63,142 bases of DNA, filler included, from Chiloscyllium plagiosum (GCF_004010195.1; 5 parts of one record of this genome joined end to end with filler, not necessarily neighbours in it); one strand, 5' to 3'. Shown: positions 50,664 through 62,660, counted from the first letter of the whole stretch. Notes: generated by a model not told the origin, from the letters alone. Program-made: numbers and translations.

Positions 50664-53250
50664 AATTTAGTCCCTACCCTCCCCTTCACTGTTTTGATCA
50701 CACAGCACTGTCCCTTGCTGTGAAGGGCAGTGTTTGTCACTGGCCACCCGGGTGTTTTCCTATCTTCCTGGTGGTGGAAATTAAATAAAGATTGGTGCAC
50801 TTTGTGTCTTTCACTGTGTCTCACACCTGCACACACACACCATGGGTGCTGGGGATAAAATAAGCACTACCGCACTTAGGTGGTAGTGTGGGGTAAAAAA
50901 AAAAGAAAAAAAAAGAAAAGAAAGACAAAAAAAAAGAAAAAAGAAAAAAAAATTAACAGGGGACTTGCCCGGGTGTCCTTGGAGAAGGAGCACACGGCGT
51001 CGACCAACACCCTGGAGTTGTTTAGGGAGAGGTGGGCGCTGCAGGGAGTGGAGTGCATCATTTCTCCCTCCAACTCTATTTTGATTTAGTCCCTATCCTC
51101 CCCGGTGTTTTGATCACACCGCACTGCCCTTTGATAAATAAAAAGAAAAAAATAAAAATTAAAAATACTCTATTTTGATTTAGTCCCTACCCTCCCCTTC
51201 ACTGTTTTGATCACACCGCACTGCCCTTTGATAAATAAAAAGAAAAAAATAAAAATTAAAAATAAACAGGAGTAATTTAGTCCCTACCCTCCCCTTCACT
51301 GTTTTGATCACACAGCACTGTCCCTTGCTGTGAAGGGAGGTGAGGGGGGAGGTGTGGGTGCAAGTCTTGCACCTCCTGCGGTTGCAGGGGAAGGTGCCGG
51401 GAGTGGAGGTTGGGTTGGTGGGGGGTGTGGATCTGACGAGGGAGTCACGGAGGGAGTGGTCTTTACGGAATGCTGATAGGGGAGGGGAGGGAAATATATC
51501 CTGGGTGGTGGGGTCCGTTTGGAGGTAGCGGAAATGACGGCGGATGATGCGCTGTACATGGAGATTGGTGGGGTGGTAGGTGAGGACCAGTGGGGTTTTG
51601 TCCTGGTGGCGGTTGGAGGGGCGGGGCTCAAGGGCGGAGGAGCGGGAAGTGGAAGAGATGCGGTGGGGGGCATCGTCGACCACGTCGGGGGGGACATTGC
51701 GGTCCTTGAAGAAGGAGGCCATCTGGGATGTGTGTTTTTGGAACTGGTCCTCCTGGGAGCAGATGCGGCGGAGTCGAAGGAATTGGGAGAATGGGATGGC
51801 GTTTTTACAGGGGGCAGGATGGGAGGAGGTGTAGTCCAGGTAGCTGTGGGAGTCGGTCGGTTTGTAGTAAAATAAGCACTACCGCACTTAGGTGGTAGTG
51901 TGGGGTTAATATTAAAAAAAAATAAACAGGAGTGTTCAACTGCTTGTTCCGTGGCGCTGTGGTCCGTGGACCATGTATATATTGGGTGTGGGCGTTTGCA
52001 CTCCCTTTTTGATTTTCTGAAAAACCTTCTCCTCTGTTTTTGGCTGCACTTCAGACCAACGCTCCTGATCTTTGGGCACCCGGTACGGAGGAAGGAGGGC
52101 AGGTCTGAAGACTTCCTCGTGGGTCTGCTCCTGGGCCTGGCCAAACTGGCCATCAACAGGTCGAGGCAGCGGGCCGTGGAGGGGGTCGTTAGGGCCGACT
52201 GCCTGCCCCTCTTCCGCGGTTACGTTAGGGCCCGGGTGTCCTTGGAGAAGGAGCACGCGGTGTTCACCAACACCCTGGAGGAGTTCAGGGAGAGGTGGGC
52301 GCCGCAGGGAGTGGAGTGCATCATTTCTCCCTCCAATTCTATTTTGATTTAGTCCCTACCCTCCCCTTCACTGTTTTGATCACACAGCACTGCCCTTTGA
52401 TGTGAAGGACAGTGTTTGTCACAGGCCAACCGGGTGTTTTCCTATCTTCCTGGTGGTGGAATTTGAATAAAGATTGGTGCACTTTGTGTCTTTCACTGTG
52501 TCTCACACCTGCAAGCACACACCATGGGTGCTGGGGAAAAAATAAGCACTACTGCACTTAGGTGGTAATGTGGGGGTTGAAATTTTAAAAAAAATAAACA
52601 GGAGTGTCCTGGGTGTCCTTGGAGAAGGAGCACGCGGAAAAAGAAAAAAAATAAAAATAAAAATAAACAGGAGTACCACCCAGGTGTTTTCCTATCTTCC
52701 TGGTGGTGGAAATTGAATAAAGATTCGTGCACTTTGTGTCTTTCACTGTGTCTCACACGTATACACACACACCATGGGTGCTGGGGAAAAATAAGCACTA
52801 CCGCACTTAGGTGGTAGTGTGGGGGTTAATAAAAAGAGAAAAAAAAAGAAACAAGGGATTCCCTGCCCTCCCCTTCACTGTTTTGATCACACAGCACTGC
52901 CCTTTGATGTGAAGGGCAGTGTTTGTCACTGGCCACCCGGGTGTTTTTCCTATCTTCTTGGTGGTGGAAATTGAAAAAAAATTAAAAATTAAAAAAAAAG
53001 GAAAAAAAAAACAGGAGTGTTCAACTGCTTGTTCTGTGGCGCTGTGGAGTTCGTGGACCATGTATATATTGGGTGTGGGCATTTGCACTCCCTTCTTGAT
53101 TTTCTGAAAAACCTCCTCCTCTGCTTTTGGTTGCACTTCAGTCCCATGCTCAGGATCTTTGGGCACCCGGTACGGATGAGGGAGGGCAGGTCCGAAGACC
53201 TCCTCGTGGGTAGTGCTTGTCACTGGCCACTCGGGTGTTTTTCCCCTATT
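50664..53250 (+). mobile_element. Tandem stack of 5'-truncated Tx1-clade non-LTR retrotransposon 3' ends with A-rich tails
   Basis: ORF 51900-52352 (VDHVYIGCGRL...LLLGLAKLAI...FRERWAPQGVEC) is an L1/Tx1 ORF2 C-terminus. The 3' UTR gcactaccgcacttaggtggtagtgtgggg plus A-tail recurs. Confidence 0.85.
51334..51870 (-). mobile_element. Penelope-like (Neptune-type) RT thumb/Cys-linker fragment
   Basis: Open frame YYKPTDSHSYLDYTSSHP...IPFSQFLRLRRICS...PLVLTYHP...LRDSLVRS...FPCNRRRCKTC. Confidence 0.88.
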
Positions 53251-53499
53251 GAGAGTTGGATCAGTGTGAGTGTGTACATATATGCCAGGACTCTCCTCCG
53301 TGAAGAGGACTGTCCCTGGACTAGCTGTCCCACATTGAGAGAGAGGGAAAGAAGGAAAGAAGAAAGAAGAATAGGAGGAGGCAGAAGCAGAACTTTTGAG
53401 TCTGGTGCCTACTTTTGGAGCTGCAGCCTGGGTCTGGGCCTCACCTAGGTCAAGGGAGTGTTGCTGCTGACCTGGGGCCCACTCCCACTGCTGGTTTCT

Positions 53500-54290
53500 G
53501 GGACCCAGCCCGGACCTGCCTCAGCTGTTGCTGCTTGGGGCCTGCCTCACTGCTGGTGCCTGGGACTTGCCTTGGGGCCCCTCCCAGGACCTCCACCACT
53601 GCTGCTGTTATTACAGGCCTGCCTCCACTGCTGCTGCCTGGGACTCAATTTTGGGGCTGCCTGGGACTTTCCTTGGGGACCCTCCCCAACAGGTCTGCCC
53701 CCCACCGCTGCTGCAACCAAGGGCCTGCCTAAGACTTGCCAGAGGCCTGCCTCCACTGCTGCTGTTGTCTGAGGCCTGCCTCCACCACCGCTGCTTGGGA
53801 CTCGCCTTGTCCCCTCCCCAGGACCTCCACCACTGCCACTGCTGGAGGCCCACCTCCACTGCTGCTGCTGCCTGGGACTCAATTTTGGGGCTGCCTGGGA
53901 CTTGCCTTGGGGACCCTCCCCAACAGGCCTGCCCCCACCGCTGCAACCAAGGGAATTGCCTAGGACTTGCCAGAGTCCTGCCTCCACTGATGCTGTTGCC
54001 TGAGGCCTGCCTCCACCACCGCTGCCTGGGACTCGCCTTGGGCCCATCTCCACCACTAGCGCTGCCTGGGACTCAATTTTGGGGCTGCCTGGGACTTGCT
54101 TTGGGGATTCTCCCCAACAGGTCTGCCCCCCACCGCTGTGACCGAGGGCCTACCTGGGACTCGACCGAGGCCTGCCTCCACCGCTGCTGTTGCCCGAGGC
54201 CAGTTTCCACCGTCTCTGCCTGGGTGACTGGCCTTGGGTATATCCCCAGGACTTCCGCCACTGCTGCTGCCAGAGACCCACCAACATCAA
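53500..54290 (+). repeat. Tandem monomers (about 195-235 bp) in the Tx1 element 5' UTR
   Basis: ggactcaattttggggctgcctgggactt recurs at about 53641, 53875 and 54069. Confidence 0.8.
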
Positions 54291-54300
54291 GCAGCAGAGT

Positions 54301-55245
54301 ATGGCGAGCCCGAAGGCCGCGGGGCCCAGCCGCACCTACGCCGGGGTAGCCGCTGCCTTAGGCTCAGCCGTCCCAACCCCGGCTGCAACGTCAACCCCCT
54401 TCAGGCACCTAACAATACGCCTGGGGGTAAAGGCCTATCCCCACCCCAATATGACCATTGAGGCCTGCAGCAAGGCCATGGCTAGTGTGGTCAGCCCACT
54501 GGCCATCGTTGCTGCAGCCCGGATGTACGGGAAGGCCGTCTTTTTCCTTAAGACCGAGCAGGCGGCCTACCTGGCCGTGGAGAGGGGGCTCACTGTGGGC
54601 GGGACACATTTGCCCGTCGACCCTTTGGAGGTTACGGCCCAGAGGGTCGTAATCTCCAACATCCCACCCTTCATTCCCAGTGAGCTCCTTCTTCCCCACC
54701 TCAACACCGTGGGAGAGATCCGGTTGGGTGTCCAACCGCTCCTGCTCGGTCTTAAGGACCCCGCCCTACGACACATCTACTCCTTCTGGCGCCAGGTGTT
54801 CATTTGCTTGGCCCGGGAGGAGGTCACCGAGGGCCCATTCACCCTCCTCCATGAGGACGCGGCCTACTGCGCCTTCTGGAGGGTGGATGGCGTGCGGTGC
54901 CAGCTGTGCCGCGTGGTGGGGCACATAAGAAAAAACTGCCCCACCCAGAAGGCTGCCCAGCCCACGCCAACGGCTGGTGGTGCCACCGCACCCACTCCCT
55001 CTCCCCCGAAGTCAACACCACAGGCCCTGGCACCGGAGGCTTCCGATGCTCCAGCCTCTGGCATGGAGGGGGGTGAGCGTCCGACTGGCCAGAAGGCGCT
55101 GAAGAAGACGCGACGCGTCAGGTCCACCCTATCCCCTTCCCCGACCCCTAGCCCACGACCTGCCCCACCCCGGCACGACAATGCCCCTGCAGCCGTGCCA
55201 GCATCGCCCCGGCGCGGTAACCCTGATTCCCAAACCCGTACCTGA
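54301..55245 (+). CDS. Tx1-clade retrotransposon ORF1 (RRM-like regions + CCHC zinc knuckle), 314 aa
   Basis: ATG at 54301; IVAAARMYGKAVFFLKTE, RVVISNIPPFIPSELL, CQLCRVVGHIRKNC, Pro-rich tail. Confidence 0.8.
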   Translation: MASPKAAGPSRTYAGVAAALGSAVPTPAATSTPFRHLTIRLGVKAYPHPNMTIEACSKAMASVVSPLAIVAAARMYGKAVFFLKTEQAAYLAVERGLTVGGTHLPVDPLEVTAQRVVISNIPPFIPSELLLPHLNTVGEIRLGVQPLLLGLKDPALRHIYSFWRQVFICLAREEVTEGPFTLLHEDAAYCAFWRVDGVRCQLCRVVGHIRKNCPTQKAAQPTPTAGGATAPTPSPPKSTPQALAPEASDAPASGMEGGERPTGQKALKKTRRVRSTLSPSPTPSPRPAPPRHDNAPAAVPASPRRGNPDSQTRT

Positions 55246-55643
55246 CCCTCGCCCCACTGACCCCACATCCACCCCCCACCCCGTTAGAGAAACCCCTGGG
55301 GCATCAACGCCTACCCCTGGTGTTGTAATACCTAGCCCAAGGCCCCATGAGCCCCACCCAGCTAAACCCTGGCACTAACCTGGGGGGAACCACCGCTGCC
55401 CCACCTCCTGCAGCGACCATGTCTCCAGGCCCCGGAGAGGGAACTGGGCCCCTGCCCCGCCCGCCACCTGATAAACCAGAGGCGGGGAAGGAAGTGACAC
55501 GGCTGACCTGACCCGCCCCACCCTGGCCACGCCCCCGTCTTCCCCCAGCCAATTGTATTCCGGGAAAGGCTGGGGGGAGGGACCTCGGGCCCCATGATCA
55601 CCAAGGCGGGCGGGGATGGGAAGGCCCATAAATTCCCCCCTCG

Positions 55644-56476
55644 GAGGGCGGTCAGTCGCTGGTGTGCGCCCGCACCCAGGTCGCGACGTTCCGCCTTCAG
55701 ACCTTGCGGCGATACCTTTACGTCGAGCCTCCTCCTAGATGGTGCGCCCTGGCGACGTATTTTTTCCGCCAGGTGCGTAACCTCAACTACGACACGCAGC
55801 TCCTGTTCGTCGACCGTGACGGTTTGCAGGTCGCCCACAAGACGCTGCCTGTCTTTTACCAGGACCTGATCACTGTCTGGAACATAGTCGAATCGCGTCG
55901 CGCCTACCCTCCGGCTGGAGTAGCGGCTGTCGTCAGGGAGCCGTTGCACAGGAATCCGCACCTCCGTACTCGCGGGTCCGAGTGGCTGTCGGAGGAGAGG
56001 GCCGCGGCGGCGAGGGTGACCAGGGTCGGGGACGTGCTGGGTGCCGGGGGCCTGGGCTGGACGCTGCCGCAGGACATAGCAGGCAGGGCGGCGGTAGACG
56101 TCCAGTACGTGGCCACCGCCATCCGACGCCTCAAAACGGCGGTGCTCGGACCCGACGTAGTACACCAGTTGGAGGACGCTCAGGTGTGCGGTGGGATCCC
56201 GACCGAGCTCACCCCAGCCCGGACGGAATTTCACATTGGCCCCAAGGTCCCGTACTTCCCGCGGGAGCCTGTGCCCCACAACCTGAGCCGCCTCCGAAAT
56301 TTTAACTTTGTTTCGTTTAGGGAGGTGAACAGGAGAGCCCTGTACAGACTGCTGCTGCACACCGTCCACCTCTTCTCCCTCATCCACCGTCCGGACACGC
56401 CTTGGCGTGCCCATTTGCCACCGGGCGGTGGGGATCCCCAGTGGAGGGCTCTCTACGCGGGAGTCCTCCCCCTTCC
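55644..56476 (+). mobile_element. Tx1-clade ORF2 post-RT region (partial, cut by the gap)
   Basis: EGGQSLVCARTQVATFRLQTLRRYL...LPVFYQDLITVW...EPLHRNP...PQWRALY. Confidence 0.82.
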
Positions 56477-56576
56477 NNNNNNNNNNNNNNNNNNNNNNNN
56501 NNNNNNNNNNNNNNNNNNNNTTAATTAATTAANNNNNNNNNNNNNNNNNNNNNNNNNNNNNNNNNNNNNNNNNNNN
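56477..56576. other. Artificial contig linker
   Basis: Same 100-bp spacer. Confidence 0.97.
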
Positions 56577-56934
56577 CCCTCTCTCTCTGCGGAGAGAATG
56601 CTACCTTGAGTTACAACTGACATCTGTTGCACATTTTGTATTTTTATACAATTACAATAACTTAGTAGACAGCAATTTGACATTAATACAAAATGAAAAT
56701 ACTGTGGACACTAGAAATATAAACGTGAAAACAAAAAAATGCAATTAAAACCCAAAAGCCAACCAGAACTGAGATGATTAATCATGTAAACCTAAAAGGT
56801 TAACTTTCTCTCCACAGATGCTGCTTGACCACCTGAGTATTTCCTGCATTTTTTATCTATTTATAATTCTTTCTCAATATCGATTTTAAACCTAGCTGTT
56901 ACTTAATGAAAAACTAACTAACTATTGTAGTGGC

Positions 56935-57225
56935 GAATTTTGAGAAGATTTGTAGCTCAGGATGAGGTTCTGGTTGTAGGTTTGCTCGCTAAGCTGGATG
57001 GTTCATTTTCAGACATTTCATCACCATACCAGGTAATATCTTCAGTAAGCCTCTGGGTGAAGCACTGCTGATGTTTCCTGCTTTCCCTTTATATGTTTGG
57101 GGTTCTTTGGGTTGGTGATGTCATTTCCTGTTCTTTCTCTCAGGTACATGGGGTCCAAGTCAATGTGGTTGTTGATAAGAGTTCCGGTTGGAATGTCATG
57201 CTTCTAGGAATTCTCGTGCATTGAA
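56935..57225 (-). mobile_element. Penelope-like (Poseidon-type) 3' end: GIY-YIG C-terminus plus terminal repeat
   Basis: Minus strand AREFLEA*HSNRN near 57180-57220, then a hammerhead motif at 57009-57048. Confidence 0.75.
57009..57048 (-). ncRNA. Minimal type I hammerhead ribozyme motif (PLE-associated)
   Basis: TTA-CTGAAGA-T-ATTACC-tggtat-GGTGAT-GAAA-T-GTC-TGA. Confidence 0.65.
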
Positions 57226-58151
57226 GTTTACACTCTGCTCTTGTTGAGTAATGAGGGGATTGACTGATTCTATTGAGGGGATTTGAGGATGTGGAGCAGA
57301 GTGTTGGCTTTCAGGCTGCCTATGGTTGACCTTGGGAATGTCTGACTCGCAGCTTCATTCTTTCCCAGGAGTTTCAGTCTGTGCTGTTTTACGCTTCAGA
57401 GGCATGTTCTGTGTGGCCCTTCCAGCCTCCATGCAGACACAGTGGCAAAGTTGATGCAGCTGCTGAGGCCATGATCTCTGGAACTCTCTCCTTCGCCTTT
57501 GTCCTTTTCCACCTTTAAAACATTCCTAAGGCCTAACTCCTGACCAAGTTCATCTGCCCTAATAGTTCTTTGTGTGGCTCACTGTCAAATTTGTTTGGTT
57601 ACGCTCCATGCAGTGTTTCAGGCATTTTAAAGTTGTTGCATAGAAGATTCATATAGACTAAATTCTTCTTAAATTTATTAGGGTAATGTATCAAGTATCA
57701 AGACCTACTGTGGAGCAGATGGTAGGAACACGTATCAGTGGAACTGAGTGTGCCTGTGGGATAGAGTTTCTTTTTAAAAACTTTTTGCATGGTTAATTAT
57801 TTCCTTTTGCCTCCACAATGCTCATGGGTTACATTTATTTGAATCAAATTCATTGTTTTACATAAGACAAGAATCCCTGAGGTGTAATTTATTGAAATTC
57901 TGATTTAACAGCAATGAGCTAACCAATTGGCTGCACCGCAAGCAGATCTTTGAATTGCCTTTATTTCATTGTGAAATTTCTTCATTGAGAAGATGGTAAT
58001 CTGTGCAATTCTCTACCACAAAACGCTGCAGACAAGTTCCTGAATTTATTTTTAAAATACCTATCTTTCCAAACATTTAAGATATCATGCAATGCGGGAG
58101 AGAGTAGAATTAGTGCATTGAGGTAGAGAATCAGTCATTATAGTATTAAAT

Positions 58152-58470
58152 GGGCGGCACGGTGGCGCAGTGGTTAGCATTGCTGCCTCACAGCGCCTGA
58201 GACCCGGGTTCAATTCCCGCCTCAGGCGACTGACTACGTGGAGTTTGCACGTTCTCCCCGTGTCTGTGTGGGTTCCCTCCAGGTGCTCCGGTTTCCTCCC
58301 ACAGTCCAAAGATGTGCAGGTCAGGTGAATTGGCCATGCTAAATTGCCCGTAGTGTTAGGTAAGGGGTAAATGTAGGCGCATGGGTGGGTTGCGCTTCGG
58401 CGGGTCGGTGTGGACTTGTTGGGCCGAAGGGCCTGTTTCCACGCTGTAATGTAATCTAATCTAATCTAAA
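58152..58470 (+). mobile_element. tRNA-derived SINE (young copy, CpGs retained)
   Basis: ggtggcgcagtggttagc, gggttcaattcccg, (taatc)n tail. Confidence 0.94.
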
Positions 58471-60152
58471 TGTTAAATAGTCTTGAGATATATATTTTTA
58501 AAAAATGTTTTAGCAACAGGTTTGTCTGCTCCTGTGAAGGCAAGTTGACTAGTGCTTGTGCAACAAGAAGCTTTAGCCAACTCCCTATTTGGTAACTGTT
58601 TATCAGAACAGTGTGCTACCCTATACGAGGAAAATGTTGCATTATAATCAATAAAGCCAAATAAAATTCACTTTGTTCATGCAATGGTTCTTCCTAATGA
58701 GCTTATACTTAGTAGCTAACCAGTATATGACCTTTCTAACATTTGTGGTTGGCTAACTTTCTCCCTTTTAATTTGGTAGATATATAGCAACATGATATCC
58801 TAACTTGGCTCATTCTCTCATCTGAGTGCAAGTTGGGGGGGCACGCAGGGAGGCAGGCGGGTGGGGAGACGATCATGCTAAACTTGCATTTTTTTGTGTT
58901 TAAAAGTAGTTATTTTTGAGTTTACCAAAAATAAACCTTCATTATTTGCACCAATGGAAAGTGAGTTTGCGTGAGCTTTGACCAGCACTAATCAACTTGT
59001 CCCTACAGGTAAAGCTCTTTAAAGCCAAGGGATTTTCTGAGGTGTAGTCACATTTATAAGGAAGATGGCAACATTCTGACAATCAAGTGGTCAACTCTGT
59101 CTTATAACTTAACACCTGTTTTGACCATGGGATCAAGATATAAAGGGTTGCTGGTGATCATGAGAGCATGAGGTTTAGTGAGTGGTTTCAACATGAGAAG
59201 GCCTGGGGAGCAGAAATCTTGAGATTATTAATAATGGAGGTATTAGGAAACAAATTCCCTAATTTGTTACAGTTACACATGGGATACCTCACAGCACTTA
59301 GGCTCCTGCATGAGAAGTGATGACTGTCACCCCTTGGTTTGTCACCCACCACCACCTGAGTTGGCCATAATGGGGTTAATTTTAAGAGATACCATTCTTC
59401 CATATCCAAATGAATGTCTTTTAAAAGAAAACAATTTAAGCATTTCTTGAATTAACATAATTTATTAATTACTAAATGAAAGAAATAGTAATGTAATATT
59501 GCACACACGTTAGAAATAGGAGGTAAGTCCAAAAAGACAAAAAAGCTTTTTTTTAATAGATTTTGTTTGAAATTGTTTGGAAAACATGGATAGTTGCAGT
59601 GGAGGTTCCCAGTAATGTTGACATTTGAGATTTTTGGCTTTGTAGTGTGATTAGAACTTTAAATTATCCTAATTCCCTTCAGGTGCGCGTGCGTGTGGGG
59701 TGTGTGAGATGCTGTGTCTTTATCCTTTTTTCTTTACCTGTAATGCAGGGCTGTTGTAAACAGCTGTGCCCAGAGCTCTTACCCACACAGCATACTTTTT
59801 TCCCCTCCCATTTGTGGGGGAGTCAAGGACCAGAGGGCGTAATCTCAGAAAGGAATCAGACATTGTGAGACAGATGAGAATTTTGTTTTTCTTCTTAGGG
59901 AATTCTTTACCACAGAGGGCTGGGTGATTAAGTATCTTTTAAAGCTGAGGCAGATTTTTAATCAGTAAGGGAATCTAGGATTTGGGGGTTTGTGGGGGGT
60001 GGGGGATGGCGGTGGAGAAGCAGGCAATCTAATCAAAGCAGCCATGCTGTCATTGAACAATGTAGCAGACTTGGCTGAATGGCGTACTTCTGTTCATACA
60101 TCTTATGATCTTATGGACATGGAACAATCAGTCAAAATAAGGGACACTTTCT

Positions 60153-60464
60153 TCAAACACAAGATCCTGGTAATAACTAATCATCTCTTTTTTTTCTAAT
60201 AATGTTGATTTGAGGGTTAAATGTTGACCAGGAGACACTGGAGTCCCTCTTCAAATGGAGTGCACTCACTGTGTTATGTGGTTAAATGCTGTTTACAGGA
60301 CCTTATATCAAACACAAGACCCTGGTAATAACTAATCATCTCTTTTTTTTTTCTAATAATGTTGATTTGAGGGTTAAATGTTGGCCAGGAGACACTAGAG
60401 TCCCTCTTCAAATGAAGTGCACTCACTGTGTTATGTGGTTAAATGCTGTTTACAGGACCTTATA
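60153..60464. repeat. Tandem duplication of about 155 bp (60153-60307, 60308-60464)
   Basis: Two adjacent near-identical copies. Confidence 0.92.
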
Positions 60465-60558
60465 CACAATGAGATAATTAACAGCTACCACTGAGATGCT
60501 TGTTGAGATAGAGAGAGGATTTGTTTGGAGAGAAATCCTGGAAAGATTTGGAAACAAG

Positions 60559-61961
60559 AGTCATAAAGATGTACAGTATGGAAACAGACCCTTCGGTCCA
60601 ACTCAACCATGCCGACCAGATATCTCAACCCAATCTAGTCCCACCTGCCAGCACCCGGCCCATATCCCTCCAAACCCTTCCTATTCATATCCCGTCCAAA
60701 TGCCTCTTAAATGTTTCAATTGTACCTGCCTCCACCACTTCCTATGGCAGCTCATTCCATGCACGTACCACCCTCCATGTGAAAAGGTTGCCACGTAGGT
60801 CTCTTTTTTTTATATATATATATATCTTTCCTGTCTCACCCTAGACCTACGCCCTCTAGTTCTGGACTCCACCATCCCAGGGAAAAGACTTTGTCTATTT
60901 ATCCTATCCATGCCCCTCTTAATTTTGTAAAACTCTATAAGGTTCCGATGCTCCTCCGATGCTCCAGGGAAAACATCCCTAGCCTGTTCAGCCTCTCCCT
61001 ATAGCTCAAATCCTGCCCAACATCCTTGTAAATCTTTTCTGAACCCTTTCAAGTTTCACAACATCTTTCCAATAGGAAGAATTGCGCACAATATTCCAAC
61101 AGTGGCCGAACCAATATCCTGTACAGCTGCAATATGACCTCCCAACTCCTGTACTCGATACTCTGACCAATAAAGGCAAGCATACCAAATGACTTCTTCA
61201 CTACCCTATCTACCTGCGACTCCACTTTCAAGGAGCTATGAACCTGTACTCCAAGGTCTCTTTGTTCAGCAACACTCCCTTGGACCTTACCATTAAATGT
61301 ATAGGTCCTGCTAAGATTTGCTTCCCCAAAATATAGCACCTCGCATTTATCTGAATTAAATTCCATCTGCCACTTCTCAGCCCATTGGCCCTTCTGGTGC
61401 AGATCCTGGTGCAATCTGAGGTAACCCTCTTCGCTGTCCACTACACCTCCTCCAATTTTGGTGTTATCTGCAAACTTACTAACTGTACCACTTATGCTCA
61501 AATCCAAATCATTTATGTAAATGACAAAAGGTAGAGGACCCAGCACCGAACCTTGTGGCACTCCACTGGTCACAGGCCTCCAGTCTGAAAAACAACCCTC
61601 CACCACCACCCTCTGTCTTCTACCTTTTGAGCCAGTTCTGTATCTAAGTGGCTTGTTCCCCCTGTATTCCGTGAGATCTAACCTTGCTAATCAGTCTCCC
61701 ATCGGGAACCTTATTGAACGCCTTACTGAAGTCCATATAGATCATATCTGCTGCTCTGCCCTCATCAATCCTCTTTGTTGCTTCCTCAAAAAACTCAATC
61801 AAGTTTGTGAGACATGATTTCCCACACACAAAGCCATGTTAACTATCCCTAATCAGTCCTTGCCTTTCCAAATACATGTACATCCTGTCCCTCCGGATTC
61901 CCTCCAACAACTTGCCCACCACCAACGTCAGGTTCACTGGTCTATAGTTTCCTGACTTGTC
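60559..61961 (-). mobile_element. CR1 LINE (RT + 3' end), cut by the gap
   Basis: ORF 61049-61609 SGVPQGSVLGP...SKFADNTKIGG; ORF 61644-61829 YMDFSKAFNKV. Confidence 0.95.
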
Positions 61962-62061
61962 NNNNNNNNNNNNNNNNNNNNNNNNNNNNNNNNNNNNNNN
62001 NNNNNTTAATTAATTAANNNNNNNNNNNNNNNNNNNNNNNNNNNNNNNNNNNNNNNNNNNN
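61962..62061. other. Artificial contig linker
   Basis: Same 100-bp spacer. Confidence 0.97.
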
Positions 62062-62327
62062 TCAATCCACCCTAACCTGCACATCCCTGGGCACTATGGG
62101 ACAATTTAGCACGGTCAATCCACCCTAACCTGCACATCCCTGGGCAGTACAGGACAATTTAGCACGGCCAATCCACCCTAACCTGCACATCTTTGAACTG
62201 TGGGAGAAAACCAGAGCACCCGGAGGAAAGCTGCGCAGACGCGGCGGGGGGGGGTGTGAGAGAATGTGCAAACTCCGCACAGACAGTCGCCCGAGACTGG
62301 AATTTAACTGGTGTCCCTGGTGCTGTG
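62062..62327 (-). mobile_element. tRNA-derived SINE fragment with an internal tandem repeat of about 54 bp
   Basis: caatccaccctaacctgcacatc occurs three times, then gtgcaaactccgcacagacagtcgcccgag. Confidence 0.8.
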
Positions 62328-62660
62328 CCCCCTACCGATATAGCTTAAAATTGAGGGGCTGATAGATATAGGACAGATGGCAAAGGGAGTTTCTTTACTC
62401 AGAGAGTAGGAGGGGGTGTGGAACGCACTGTCTGCAACAGTAGTCGACTCCCCAACTTTAGGGGCATTTAAATGGGCATTGGATAGGCACATGGATGAGA
62501 ATGAATAGTGTAGGAGAGAGGGGCTTCAGATTGGGTCCACAGGTTGGCACAACAGCGAGGGCCGAAGGGCCTGAACTACACTGGACCATTCTATGAGAGA
62601 GTTGGATTATGAGGAGAGACTGAGTAGACGGGGATTGTCTTCATTGGAAATCATTGAGGA

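Noticed and set aside
50880..51089. Poly-lysine ORF
   Set aside because: Translation of a retrotransposon A-rich tail.
53528..54349. 273-aa Cys/Pro/Leu-rich ORF
   Set aside because: Read-through of GC-rich tandem monomers in a retrotransposon 5' UTR.
58152..58225. tRNA gene (also at 2693, 41473, 46232, 15490 and 19240)
   Set aside because: The A/B boxes are heads of tRNA-derived SINEs, followed in most copies by SINE body and tail.
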